From Gemmatimonadaceae bacterium (GTDB lineage Bacteria; Gemmatimonadota; Gemmatimonadetes; Gemmatimonadales; Gemmatimonadaceae): a stretch of DNA of 26,639 bases. The notes under the pieces were generated by a model that was given only the letters and a program-made list of their open reading frames with translations, was not told the DNA's origin and did not search any database. A program made the position numbers and the translations under genes. The stretch is from positions 1 through 26,639 of the forward strand of contig JBGAJQ010000071.1 of assembly GCA_044224875.1 (NCBI GenBank). The letters are read 5' to 3'. This document shows positions 9,384-20,079 of this stretch, in pieces. How positions within the stretch are numbered: the stretch's first letter is position 1; each line of letters opens with the position of its first letter.

Positions 9384-10568
9384 ATGACTCAGCATTTCAC
9401 AGCATTTCGGCGGGCCACCAGGGGGCGGATGGGTGGACGGACGTGGCTGGCCCTCATGAGCGCTGTGGCGCTAGCGGCGTGCTCGGACGCTGGCCCCGTG
9501 GCACCGGCCAAGCCTGCGCTGCCGACCGAGTCGGTGGACGCCGAGTCGGACGCCGGCATCAACGCCGTGAACAACCGGTTCGCCTACCTCTGGAACGACC
9601 AGGCCTCCGCTCCCCTTGGCGTCCCATACACGCCGACGACACAGTACAGCTACAACGCGAAGGGCCTGGCGAACAGCATGACGCGAACGGCTGTTGGGAC
9701 GTACGTCGCCTCCTTCGGCGGGATGGCGAAGGGCACCGCCGCGAACAAGCGAGAGACTTTCATCGTCACACCCTACGGCCTATTTGCCACGACGCGCTGT
9801 GTGGTAGGCGGGTGGTTTGATGCCTCTGCCAACTTGAACGCCTCGGTGCGCTGTGTGAACACGGCAGGCGCCCCCGCCGATGCGCAGTTCACGCTGCTGA
9901 TGGTTGGGAGTGGCAGCTTGCCTGGGCGGAACGCGTTTGCGTGGGCGAGTCAGTCCAGCACCGCGACATACACGCCCTCGGCGCTCTACTCGTACACGAG
10001 TTCTGGCGGGACGATGACCCTGAGCCGCTCGTCCACTGGGATCTACGCGGCCGACCTGGCGGTTCCTCGTCCCGCGGGCGGGAGGCCCGAGACGTATCTC
10101 GTCAGCACCTACAACGACCCGGATGATCAGTGTACGATCGGAGGCTGGTCGACGCTGGCATCGGTCTTCTGTTATAGCCGAGTGGGTGGCGGCGCCCTGT
10201 CGGATGCCCAGTACGACATTCTCACCCTCACGCAGGGTCGTCCGGGTCGTCGCGCGGCCTTCGCCTTTGCCGACAACCCGCATACCGCCAGCTACACACC
10301 GTCGACGTTTTACTCCTACTCGTCGAGCGGCGGAGCGATCTCCATCACCCGAGGGAGCGCCGGCAACTACACCGTGAACTTCGCCGGCTTGCAGAAGCTC
10401 ACCGGCCACACGGAGACGGTGATGGTGTCCGGCTACGCGAATGGGTTCTTCAGCTGCCGTGTCAATAATTGGAGCACGACAGGGACGGGGCTCGCGGTCA
10501 GTGTGTCGTGCGTGAGTGTGAGCGGCATTCCGGTCGATGAGTTCTTCACGATCGCGGTGCTCGAGTAG
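9384..10568 (+). CDS. Secreted lipoprotein with three ~105-aa repeats
   Basis: GGAG RBS, lipobox LAAC; three units of FA-x-x-x-(D/Q/N)...YTP...YSY...T/SR...GxY, each with two Cys. Confidence 0.8.
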   Translation: MTQHFTAFRRATRGRMGGRTWLALMSAVALAACSDAGPVAPAKPALPTESVDAESDAGINAVNNRFAYLWNDQASAPLGVPYTPTTQYSYNAKGLANSMTRTAVGTYVASFGGMAKGTAANKRETFIVTPYGLFATTRCVVGGWFDASANLNASVRCVNTAGAPADAQFTLLMVGSGSLPGRNAFAWASQSSTATYTPSALYSYTSSGGTMTLSRSSTGIYAADLAVPRPAGGRPETYLVSTYNDPDDQCTIGGWSTLASVFCYSRVGGGALSDAQYDILTLTQGRPGRRAAFAFADNPHTASYTPSTFYSYSSSGGAISITRGSAGNYTVNFAGLQKLTGHTETVMVSGYANGFFSCRVNNWSTTGTGLAVSVSCVSVSGIPVDEFFTIAVLE

Positions 10569-10686
10569 AGAGGGCGCCGCGGCAGCTTCTTTCGGCAGGA
10601 TCGAGTGATGGCGATTCGCTGACACTCCTTGCGCGGGGCCAGGGGTGGTGGGTCACCCTGGTCCCGCTGTTGGCAATCAACAGGTT

Positions 10687-10720
10687 CGTGTCGCCTTTCT
10701 CCCCGAAAAAGCGATCTCCT
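10687..10720 (+). promoter_or_regulatory. Putative ECF-dependent promoter, copy 2
   Basis: CGTGTCGCCTTTCTCCCCGAAAAAGCGATCTCCT, matching 9232-9265. Confidence 0.65.
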
Positions 10721-10758
10721 GAGTGTGACCGCAGTTCACACCCTTTTCGGGAGCGCAT

Positions 10759-10917
10759 ATGAAACGGATCATCGCCCTTCTCACGGCCACCGTAGCCCTC
10801 GTCGCCTGCTCCAACCCAGTCTCGCCTGATACGAGCGCGAAGCCAGAGGCGAGCAAGGCGCGCGCGGCGCTCGCTCATGGGTCCACCACCACCTCGGGCC
10901 GGTTGTCCGCCAACTGA
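10759..10917 (+). CDS. Small 52-aa lipoprotein/peptide (not in ORF track)
   Basis: GGGAG RBS; MKRIIALLTATVALVACSNPVSPDTSAKPEASKARAALAHGSTTTSGRLSAN; canonical lipobox LVAC. Confidence 0.8.
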   Translation: MKRIIALLTATVALVACSNPVSPDTSAKPEASKARAALAHGSTTTSGRLSAN

Positions 10918-10934
10918 CAGTGGCCGTGACCGTC

Positions 10935-12434
10935 ATGACTCAGCGACCGCTCTACCGTGATCGTCAGCAGGCCGGTGAAGCGGTCGCTGAGGCGTTGGCG
11001 GAGTACGCGAACCGGGATGACGTGATGGTCTTGGGATTGCCTCGCGGCGGTGTGGTGGTGGCCCGCGCAGTGGCCGAGTTGCTCCGGGTGCCCCTCGACA
11101 TCCTCGTCGCTCGGAAGCTTGGAGTGCCCGGGATGAGTGAGGTGGCGTTCGGCGCGATCGTCGAGGGAGAGGCTGACGCGACCATGGACGACGTTGCCTG
11201 GTACTTAGGATTGCCCACATCGCTCGTCAGCTCCATCGAGGCACGTGAGCATCGGGAGCTGGCTCGTCGTGTGGCGCGCTATCGCGGGCAGCGACCGGCC
11301 GCGGATGTGAAGGGCCGCACCGTGCTCCTTGTCGATGACGGCCTGGCCACGGGTGCAACGATTCGAGCCGCGGCCACGTCGGTGAGGAAGAAGGGAGCGG
11401 CGAGGGTGGTCGTGGCCTGCCCCGTCGGCTCCACCGAAGGCTGCAGTTCCGTCGGGTCAGTTGTTGATCGCGTGGTGGTGCTGGCGACCCCCGAGCCATT
11501 CGGGATGGTGTCTGACTGGTACGAGGACTTTGCGCCGGTGAGCGATGATGCGGTGGTGTGTGCTCTCACGGGAGGGAGCGCACCGGAGGTGATCGAGCCA
11601 TCTCAGGAAGACGCCACCGACGAGCGCAGTGTCTCTATTGGCATCGATGACGATGCGGGCTCCCTGAGCGGTGACCTTGGCGTGCCTGACGAGAGCTTCG
11701 CGCACGGTGCACGGGCGCGTGGGCTCGTGATCTTCGCGCACGGCGGCGGCAGCAGCCGCCAGAGCTATCGCAACCGATTTCTCGCCGGCTGGCTCCGCAT
11801 GGCGGGATGGGCCACGCTCCGCGTTGATTTGCTGCTGGCGGATGAGCAGGAACGCGACCTGACGAGTGGAGTGCACCGCTTTGATGTCGCGCTGATTGGT
11901 CGTCGGCTTACGAGTGCGGTGGATTGGGCGGTTCGGGAGAGGGTGCCGGGGAGCGCGAACGTCGTGCTCTTTGGGGCGAGTACCGGGGCGGCGGCGGCGG
12001 TGATTGCGGCGGTGGCGCGGCCCGGTGTGGTGCGTGGGGTTGTTGCACGTGGCGGGCGGGTTGACTTGGCCGGCGAGGCGCTCCAACAACTCCGCGCTCC
12101 CATCCTGCTGATTGTCGGCGGCTCGGACGCTGACACGGTGCGCTGGAATCGCTCGGCGATCCGTCAGCTGCGGGGGGACGTCACGCTCAAGATTGTGCGG
12201 CGTGCGGGCCACACGTTTGAGGAGGCGGGGGCTATTGGGGCGGTGGGAGCGCACGCGATCAACTGGCTGAACCGGCGCTACGCACCCTCGACAGCGAACG
12301 AGTCCGCGGCAGGTGGCTGGAGGCGAGCCATCGAGAGTTTGGTTGTCCAAGTGCTGACCATCGGTAAATCTGACCGGGGACGGGTGGTTCAGCGGTGTGC
12401 TGGGGCCCCCAGCAGAACGGGGCTGTACGAATAG
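10935..12434 (+). CDS. Phosphoribosyltransferase-like domain fused to a dienelactone-hydrolase-type alpha/beta hydrolase
   Basis: [18 protein letters not shown] (PRPP loop); [19 protein letters not shown]. Alternative start is GTG 10920. Confidence 0.88.
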   Translation: MTQRPLYRDRQQAGEAVAEALAEYANRDDVMVLGLPRGGVVVARAVAELLRVPLDILVARKLGVPGMSEVAFGAIVEGEADATMDDVAWYLGLPTSLVSSIEAREHRELARRVARYRGQRPAADVKGRTVLLVDDGLATGATIRAAATSVRKKGAARVVVACPVGSTEGCSSVGSVVDRVVVLATPEPFGMVSDWYEDFAPVSDDAVVCALTGGSAPEVIEPSQEDATDERSVSIGIDDDAGSLSGDLGVPDESFAHGARARGLVIFAHGGGSSRQSYRNRFLAGWLRMAGWATLRVDLLLADEQERDLTSGVHRFDVALIGRRLTSAVDWAVRERVPGSANVVLFGASTGAAAAVIAAVARPGVVRGVVARGGRVDLAGEALQQLRAPILLIVGGSDADTVRWNRSAIRQLRGDVTLKIVRRAGHTFEEAGAIGAVGAHAINWLNRRYAPSTANESAAGGWRRAIESLVVQVLTIGKSDRGRVVQRCAGAPSRTGLYE

Positions 12435-12538
12435 CCGACGGTCGTCAGGTGCACGTACGCTCCCTGTTCTGGCGATTCTCATTGACGTTCCCCCCGCGGG
12501 CGCATAATTCTTCCGTCCCCCCGCTTGAGGATCGTCAA

Positions 12539-14056
12539 ATGCGTCATGTCGTCCTGCAGGTCGCCGTGTTGATGCTGGCGGCGACCGTCCCGGTGGCCTG
12601 CTCTCGCGACGCGACGGCGCCCGAGGGCCTGCTGAAGGCTGCACCCTCTGATCGGTCGCTTGCCCGGGGCGCGCTAGGACCCGGTGTGACGCAGACGCTC
12701 TACGCCCCGCTGAGTGCTGGCCGCCCGTCGGACGTGCTTGGCATCAACGACGCTGGGGTGCTCGCCGGCTCCTCGCAGGACGCCGCAGGCTCGCCTCATG
12801 GCATTCGATGGATCGGCGGAGTTCCAACGGATCCGGATTTTGCGCTGCAGCGCTTCGCGTGGGCACCGGACATCAATAGCTCCGGCGATATCATTGTGCT
12901 GGACGCGTCTCGCACGCCGTTGGCCATGGTCTACCACGGCAACACACCGACGTTCATTCAGCCGCTCGCGGGAGACGTCAGCACGACGGCCTACGCGCTG
13001 AACAACCTCGGCGTGGTGCTCGGTCGCTCCTGCAACGCCACCTGTCGCGGCATCCTGTACAACGGAACGACGTCGTTGTTCGATCCTTTGCCCGGTCACA
13101 CCCTCGACCTGCAAGACATCAACGACGCCGGCGTCGTGGCCCTCAATGATCTAACGAGCGGCGCCGCGGTGACGGTGGTTGCGGGCGTGGTGACGCCGCT
13201 TGGACAAATCAACGGATCAAACGGGCGCGTGCGCGCCCTCAGCAACACCGGGTTGGCCACGGGTTCGATCGCACTCGGCGGCGGGCAGCAGGACGTCGCG
13301 CGCTGGACCGGTACCGTGGGCGTGAATGTCGGTCTCCCCGCCGGCGAAACTGTCTGCGCGGGTGTCGACATCAACAACCGCGGGCACATCGCCGTCCTTT
13401 GCTCGCAGAATGGGACCTTCGTCAACGGTTACGTGTGGGACGGGTTCCAGTTTCTGCACCTCGGCCCTCAGTCGAACGTAGCATCCAGCTTCTATACCAC
13501 GAAGACGCTAGCGATCAACAACGCGTTGCAGCTGGGAGGCGCCACCCTCGGACGCGTGGCGTCACTGTGGACCTACCAGGATCCCGACGTCGACCAGGAC
13601 GGCGTGCAGAATGCGGTCGACAATTGTCCCACGACGGCAAATCCGACGCAGGCCGACTTCGACCAGGACGGCACTGGCGACGCGTGCGACAGCAGTCCCG
13701 GGGCGGATCTCGCGCTCAAGATCACGAACAGACCGTCGCCCGTGTTCAACCAGAACTTCACGGTGAACCTTCGTGATTCGGACATCGGGCCAGGCGCGTC
13801 GGCAGGCGCAACACTCTTCATCGCCGGCTCGCCCGCCTTTCGCTTCGTGAGCGCCTCCAACGCGACGTGCGGTCCGGTCAGTGGCGGTTTGAGCTGCACG
13901 CTCGGCGCTGTGGCGGTGGGCGGCCAGCGCAATTTCACGCTGACATTCAAGGCGGTGCAGCACGGCACGTTCGCATACTCACTGACGCTGACGGGTCAGG
14001 ATACGGATACGAACGCGGCGAATAACTCGCAGAGTGGCACGATTGCTGTTCCATAA
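12539..14056 (+). CDS. Secreted protein with HAF-like repeats, thrombospondin type-3 repeats and a DUF11-like C-terminus
   Basis: GAGG RBS, signal/lipobox VAC; repeated (G/D/A)INxx[40 protein letters not shown]...DTNAANN. Confidence 0.8.
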   Translation: MRHVVLQVAVLMLAATVPVACSRDATAPEGLLKAAPSDRSLARGALGPGVTQTLYAPLSAGRPSDVLGINDAGVLAGSSQDAAGSPHGIRWIGGVPTDPDFALQRFAWAPDINSSGDIIVLDASRTPLAMVYHGNTPTFIQPLAGDVSTTAYALNNLGVVLGRSCNATCRGILYNGTTSLFDPLPGHTLDLQDINDAGVVALNDLTSGAAVTVVAGVVTPLGQINGSNGRVRALSNTGLATGSIALGGGQQDVARWTGTVGVNVGLPAGETVCAGVDINNRGHIAVLCSQNGTFVNGYVWDGFQFLHLGPQSNVASSFYTTKTLAINNALQLGGATLGRVASLWTYQDPDVDQDGVQNAVDNCPTTANPTQADFDQDGTGDACDSSPGADLALKITNRPSPVFNQNFTVNLRDSDIGPGASAGATLFIAGSPAFRFVSASNATCGPVSGGLSCTLGAVAVGGQRNFTLTFKAVQHGTFAYSLTLTGQDTDTNAANNSQSGTIAVP

Positions 14057-14321
14057 GGGCGTCATCCTCGCCAGATCGTGCTGCATCTTCGCCATCCGCG
14101 GCCGCGGCGACGCGTAATTGACGCAGTTGTGCCCTACTGCACTGCCTCAGCTGCGTGCTCCGGTTTTGAGGATTGGGGGGTATCGGGAGACGGAGCGGGT
14201 GCATGGGACGGCGATCGTTCAAATGCGGGGGGATGTGACGGTCTTGCTAGTGGGGCGAGCGGGGCGCGCGTTGAGCAGGCGGGGGGGCTTGGTCCCTCGA
14301 ATTTCATCTAAGATGGATGCA

Positions 14322-14534
14322 TTAGTTGATGGCTCGGACGGATCGGGATTGGTAGATGCCGGCTCGCTTGTGGGCAGTCGGCGGTTGCAGCCCCAACGCC
14401 GTGCGGGGCCGGTGATCGCTTTGGTCCTTACTCCATTTCTCCAGCAAGATCGCTGCTTCCGCCAGCAAGGCAAACCAATGTTGCGACAGACACTCTCGTC
14501 TCACGCCGCCGTTGAAGGCCTCGCACACGCTCAC
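14322..14534 (-). pseudogene. IS3-family transposase C-terminal remnant
   Basis: EAFNGGVRRECLSQHWF...W...RPRTALG resembles the integrase-core end ESFNGxxRxECLxxxWF...RPHSALG. Confidence 0.75.
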
Positions 14535-14666
14535 TCAGGCGATACGCGCTCTGCGCCCAGCTCACCATCGCCCATCGGGTCCCCTCCGCTCGAAGGAGTC
14601 TGGCCCCGATCCCTCCTGCTGTCAAAGCGCGAGTCCCACTAGAGGAGTTTTGAGGGACCCAAGCCA

Positions 14667-14782
14667 CTCAAAGAAGCCGACGATGCGATCTGGGCGGTCT
14701 ACTACAACACGGTCCTACTCGGACGGTTCGATGAACGGGATGGGTCATTCACAGCTGAACGCAGTGTCACCCATGTTCCCCG
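14667..14782 (+). pseudogene. IS481-family transposase 3' remnant and first half of its right end
   Basis: LKEADDAIWAVYYNTVLLGRFDERD followed by TGTCACCCATGTTCCC (14765-14780). Confidence 0.65.
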
Positions 14783-14848
14783 CCCCCAGTGTCAGGATTG
14801 TTGTCGCGTAGTTGAGCTGGAATCCGTGGGGCGCAGAGGCGACGACCG

Positions 14849-15327
14849 ATGACACGGCCATTCTCACTGGCGTACAAGCAGAAGATGCTGGAGCGGCTCA
14901 CGGGCAAGACGGCGGTGAGTGCGCGGCAGTTGGCCATGGAAACTGGCATGCGTCAGCAGACACTCTCGCGGTGGTTGCAGGCCGCCAGTAGCGTTCCCGT
15001 GATGCCAGCCAAACGACCGCTCCGTACGTGGCCCCTCGACGAGAAGCTCCGGATCCTCACGGAGGCCAGTCGGCTCACTGGGGCCGAACTCACGCGCGTC
15101 TTGCAGCGGGAGGGCCTGCTGCTCGCGGAATTTGAGCAGTGGCGTCTCGCGTTGGCGGACGACGGCCGGGGATCGATGGCCAGCACGAAGCGCATTCGGG
15201 CGCTCGAGCGAGAGCTGGCGCGCAAGGACAAGGCGCTGGCCGAAGCGGCCGCGCTCTTGGTGCTGAAAAAAAAAGTGGACCACCTGTGGGAGGCCGCGGA
15301 CGACGACACGGGGACGGAGACCGAGTC

Positions 15328-15331
<4 letters not shown>
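14849..15331 (+). CDS. IS3-family OrfA (HTH + coiled coil)
   Basis: HTH QLAMETGMRQQTLSRW; LERELARKDKALAEAAALLVLKKK. Confidence 0.9.
15266..15275 (+). promoter_or_regulatory. -1 programmed frameshift slippery site (A9G)
   Basis: AAAAAAAAAG near the end of orfA; orfB is in the -1 frame. Confidence 0.85.
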
Positions 15332-16374
<1,043 letters not shown>

Positions 16375-16383
16375 CACCCACCG

Positions 16384-16419
16384 CCCGTTTAGCGTGTTAC
16401 CTATGTTCCCGGTTGCTCG
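16384..16419 (+). mobile_element. Distal half of the IS481-like right end
   Basis: TGTTACCTATGTTCCCGGTTGCTC repeats 14765-14780 (14/16 identical); rejoining across the IS3 gives a 25-bp period. Confidence 0.65.
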
Positions 16420-16987
16420 GCGAAGGAAAGCGCGATTGACACTCGTCCAGTAGCTCGCCGAGGAGGGCGATGTATCTGCGGCAAGCCAGGAGCAGGTCGT
16501 CTCCGTCCAATTCATCGGTGGTCCACATCCAAGCGAGAACCTCCCCAGACATCAGTATAGTGTCCTCGGTGCCCGGCTCCGCTGAAGAGATGGTGACGTG
16601 AAAACGAGGCAGCTGTGGATCGCGCTCTACTGTCGGGCCACCATCACCGTCGACGCGAAATACTCGGCCTGGAACGACTGGCTCGAACTTTTCGCTTCGG
16701 ATACGGAGGTCATTGAACAGCCGCAAGAGCGACTCGTGCTCAGGCCGCCGTTGCGCGGCAAACCACTCCTCCCATCCCGGGCGCTGTCGAAATTCACTCC
16801 TCATGATCCATGTTACGCTACGAGCGGCGCTCAGGAACGCGCTCAAGTAGTAGTGAAATACGCGGCGACGCTTTGATCGTTTGAACATCCGTTGAAGGTC
16901 TTCATAGCGACTCTTTTCGAGATGCGCCAGAAAGAACTGGGCCTCCTCGTACTTTAGTCGCGTCGCGCCGGTACGTCGATCTGTCAT
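16397..16987 (-). CDS. Hypothetical protein, cassette-like (possibly HEPN-related)
   Basis: GGAG RBS just after an attC; KYEEAQFFL...YYLSAFLSAARSV...W. The last codons come from the IS481 end. Confidence 0.7.
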   Translation of the reverse strand: MTDRRTGATRLKYEEAQFFLAHLEKSRYEDLQRMFKRSKRRRVFHYYLSAFLSAARSVTWIMRSEFRQRPGWEEWFAAQRRPEHESLLRLFNDLRIRSEKFEPVVPGRVFRVDGDGGPTVERDPQLPRFHVTISSAEPGTEDTILMSGEVLAWMWTTDELDGDDLLLACRRYIALLGELLDECQSRFPSPSNREHR

Positions 16988-17008
16988 CGCTCCACTGTCT
17001 GTTGTGTC

Positions 17009-17102
17009 CCAAAACTTCCTAGTTCACCTGCGGGCAATTCCAACAAGAGTGAGCGACGCGATCCTCTAACAATCACCCGTCAGATGCAACGTAACCTTAG
17101 CG
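17009..17102 (-). other. attC site with degenerate cores
   Basis: Minus strand CGCTAAG...GTT(G)CATCTG(A)CGGGTGATT pairs with AATTGCCCGCAGGTGAAC-TAGGAA-GTTTTGG. Confidence 0.75.
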
Positions 17103-17603
17103 AGAAGGAAGAAGTGATGCCTCTATGCAGAAACCTAGAGCGCTAGGACGGTTTGTTGCGCACGCGGTTTTGTAGTAATGACGAGTCGATCCACTGCCCG
17201 ATCCGCTAAGAGCGATGAGCTGTTCGTCAAAGGAATGGAGGGCATCACATCGAAGCAGAATGCCGGTAGCGATGAAGTTGCAGTCCGGCGTCTTCAAGCT
17301 TCGCCCCTCAGCCCGCGCCTCCAAACGCAAGCGGCGGACGCGCTCCACGATTGCAGGTCCAGGGTACGACATGGTGAAGCCGGGGCGTTGGGTGAGGGAG
17401 TCGAACATCTCGGGGATGTGCGGCGACGCCAAATCTCCAATCACCTCGCTTACCGCCGTGGCGCAGGTTACCAGAACGGCCTGACCCCGGTCGAAAGCAT
17501 CAATGACTTCGAGTAGTGCGTCGAAGTCGGCGCCTCTCCATCGCTCCTCCTGCAGAAGGGCAATGAAGACTCCCGAGTCCCAGCAGTACTTAGTCGTCGG
17601 CAT
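17097..17603 (-). CDS. PIN-domain (VapC-like) toxin, probable C-terminal frameshift
   Basis: YCWDSGVFI, E, LKTPD, LHSFD acidic residues; overlaps its upstream partner by 14 bp. Confidence 0.85.
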   Translation of the reverse strand: MPTTKYCWDSGVFIALLQEERWRGADFDALLEVIDAFDRGQAVLVTCATAVSEVIGDLASPHIPEMFDSLTQRPGFTMSYPGPAIVERVRRLRLEARAEGRSLKTPDCNFIATGILLRCDALHSFDEQLIALSGSGSGSTRHYYKTACATNRPSALGFCIEASLLPSR

Positions 17604-18399
17604 CTCGCCGGCGGCGGAGGTATTCGACCGTCTCTACACCACCAGTCAGATTCGGTACTGTCCCGACAAAGCTGCGAAGGGAGCGCAGTTCCAATACGGG
17701 CCGAGCCACTTCAATTCGCTCTACATCGACGCGAAGAGGATGTGGATTGCTGTCGGCATAGTATAGGAGGCCGTGAACACGACAGTACCGACGTAGAGCG
17801 CGCCGCGCCTCATCCAAGAGCGAGCGGTCAAACCGACAGGAAATGCGAGGGCCAGAACTCGGATACAGGTAGAAAATCGGCTCGCGATGAACGTTGATGG
17901 CGTCGATGTACCCAGAAACCGATCCCAGCAATGCAGTTTCGGGTGGCGCGGTTACCGCAAAGGGGACGGCGCTCGTCCGAGCGAAGCTCAGCTGCAAGTC
18001 ATCGACTGTTATGGTCGCTGTGCGTATGCGCCCTCGGGCCACCGGGGCCATCATCTCACCGATCTCTTGCAGCACCCCCCGATCGAGACGACTGTATCTA
18101 GCAGTGCGATCGCGATAGACGGCGACGCCTTCCGCAAATTGCGCGAACATGAGGCCGACGTCGACACCCGAGGGTTCGGAGGGCTCAAGCACAACCGTAG
18201 CGCTGCCGATCTCCAGATCAACGATGCGGAACGTGGTCTGGGTGCGCGCGGTCGGATGTGCGCCGGTCTGTTCGCGCTCTAAGCGACGAAACACACCGAG
18301 TGCGTGCTCAAGAAAGTCGATGAAGTCTTGGGCCTGGACATAGCCCTCCTCTTCGCGGGGACCTTCGAGGTGTAGGGTCAGCTTCCGGGTCAGCGTCAT
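17590..18399 (-). CDS. Hypothetical ~269-aa partner of the PIN protein
   Basis: Start taken at MTLTRKL; overlaps the PIN gene start. Confidence 0.75.
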   Translation of the reverse strand: MTLTRKLTLHLEGPREEEGYVQAQDFIDFLEHALGVFRRLEREQTGAHPTARTQTTFRIVDLEIGSATVVLEPSEPSGVDVGLMFAQFAEGVAVYRDRTARYSRLDRGVLQEIGEMMAPVARGRIRTATITVDDLQLSFARTSAVPFAVTAPPETALLGSVSGYIDAINVHREPIFYLYPSSGPRISCRFDRSLLDEARRALRRYCRVHGLLYYADSNPHPLRVDVERIEVARPVLELRSLRSFVGTVPNLTGGVETVEYLRRRRDADD

Positions 18400-19064
18400 G
18401 TGGTAATTATGCACGTCAGTCAGAGGGCCATCTAGACATCCGGAAAACTCATGAATCGCAGCGCCCGTCCACACTCCGCGCTGAACCGTTGGGCCGACCG
18501 GATCGATAGCTACGCCTGGCAAGTTCGGCGCTAGCGAGCCGCGTGTGGAGATTACCGGATCAGGGAGACGTGGCCAGCGTTCCGACTATGAGGCCGCAGT
18601 TACCAACGGTGTTGCGCAAAACGGCGATTACGCGCCCACCGCTATCCAAAATCGGGCTCCCGTTTTCGCCCTGATCAAAATGGCGATTTAGGAGCAGTTG
18701 CAGCGGTGCCGCCTTCCGATGGGCGCTGACCATCAATCGGTCGGATGCGAGCGGCTTCTGATCCTATGGGCGGAACGGCAGTCACCGCATCGCCAAGAGC
18801 CGGCCGGTTTGTGGATAGCTATCGTACGCTAACGCTCGCGACGAGGGTCGCCCCCCTTCCGAGAGGAGGTTCGGCATCTGGGTGCACTTGCACGGGCTTC
18901 GAAGCAGGACGGGGCCGTGAAAGCACTTGACGATCGCAGGCCCGTGCTCTGGGCGCTTCGCAGCGCTTCCGTACGCTGTATCGCGCAGGAAACCGCACGC
19001 GAAACAGCTAGGATCGATTATCCGCAGCCGGGTCATTCTAAGGAACGCGTGGCTGGCTCGCTCG

Positions 19065-19156
19065 CGCCCTAGCTAAGCTGCGAACGGATCAAATAAGATG
19101 TGCGCGCGACGCGCGCAATTCCGAAAACCGTTTATCAGCTGCCGCGTTCGTTAGAC
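19065..19156 (-). other. attC site broken at the crossover point
   Basis: Minus strand GTCTAAC-GAAC-GCGGCAGCTGATAAACGG ... CCGTTCGCAGCTTAGC-TAGGGCG; the expected TTRRRY is missing. Confidence 0.78.
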
Positions 19157-20052
19157 TGCGCGGTGGTCGAAGTCAGGACCCGATCGGAACGAGGGAAATA
19201 GCTCTGCGAAGCCCAGAGCTCGCACAAATATTCTTCGAACCCTTCCACTTTGGTGGGCTGACAAACGCGCGCTAGTTCCGTCCCCACCTGTGTGAAGAGT
19301 ACGTGACCAACGTCGAGATTCAACGCCGCGTCGGGTAAGGTCAGATGAATTGCAGCACCGAAATAGCTGACGAGCGGAGGTTTGATGTCGGTTACTTGAA
19401 ATCCGGTGAGAAACCCGTACGTGACTAAACCGATATCATCGAGGTGTTTGATTCCACCAAACCGAAGACCGCGATGTTGATAGATCGCTGCCTCAACGTC
19501 ATAAATGATAGGCACGGACGTGTCGCCGACATTGCAGACAAACGCGCACAATGTCGCGAACGTCTCCGCGTCTTGGCGGTCCAGCGATGAGAGATGATTA
19601 ACGGTGCGCTTTGAGAACGCGCCAGGCTCGTTCGCTTCGCCCGCGAGGATTCGCGCCCACAGTTCTTGCATTTCCGCGTCAGATGTCAGCCTGGACTTGT
19701 CAAAGAAATTGGCAATCCAGTCCGAATCGACGCGCTCTGGCCTTGACTGGTCGCTCAAATGCGGTATCGCCTTAGTGGTAATCGCCTCGATGTTTTCCTG
19801 TTTCTTTGCCTCCTCAAAAATGAATCGCTTGAGGCCCCGCTCTTGGATGTCAGATATCTCCATTGCTGACAGCACTCGGATCTTCTCCGCATCTGCCTCC
19901 GCGGCAGCGATGCGTCTGATTTGATTCGGCCTAAATACTCCGCCGATTGCGTCCGAGATCTTGTCGATCAGCTTAGATGCCGGTTCGGCCAATTTGCCGA
20001 CATCGACGAGGGAGAAGCTTGGCACGGTGGACTTCTTGGAGTCGTCGGTCAT
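19135..20052 (-). CDS. DUF2806-family protein on a gene cassette
   Basis: KKQENIEAI, VDSDWIANFFD, MQELWARILAGEANEPGAFSKRT; lower GC. The cassette start TAGACTGCG (20079-20071) complements CGCAGTCTAAC (19160-19150). Confidence 0.85.
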   Translation of the reverse strand: MTDDSKKSTVPSFSLVDVGKLAEPASKLIDKISDAIGGVFRPNQIRRIAAAEADAEKIRVLSAMEISDIQERGLKRFIFEEAKKQENIEAITTKAIPHLSDQSRPERVDSDWIANFFDKSRLTSDAEMQELWARILAGEANEPGAFSKRTVNHLSSLDRQDAETFATLCAFVCNVGDTSVPIIYDVEAAIYQHRGLRFGGIKHLDDIGLVTYGFLTGFQVTDIKPPLVSYFGAAIHLTLPDAALNLDVGHVLFTQVGTELARVCQPTKVEGFEEYLCELWASQSYFPRSDRVLTSTTAQSNERGS

Positions 20053-20079
20053 TCGGAATGAAATGCGTGGCGCAGTCTA

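Noticed and set aside
12482..12508. TTGACG...CATAAT promoter-like pair
   Set aside because: The 15-bp spacer is short; plausible but not well supported.
18530..19060. 84-aa ORF 18782-19036 and a possible further attC
   Set aside because: No family signal and no paired arms found; may be a degraded cassette.
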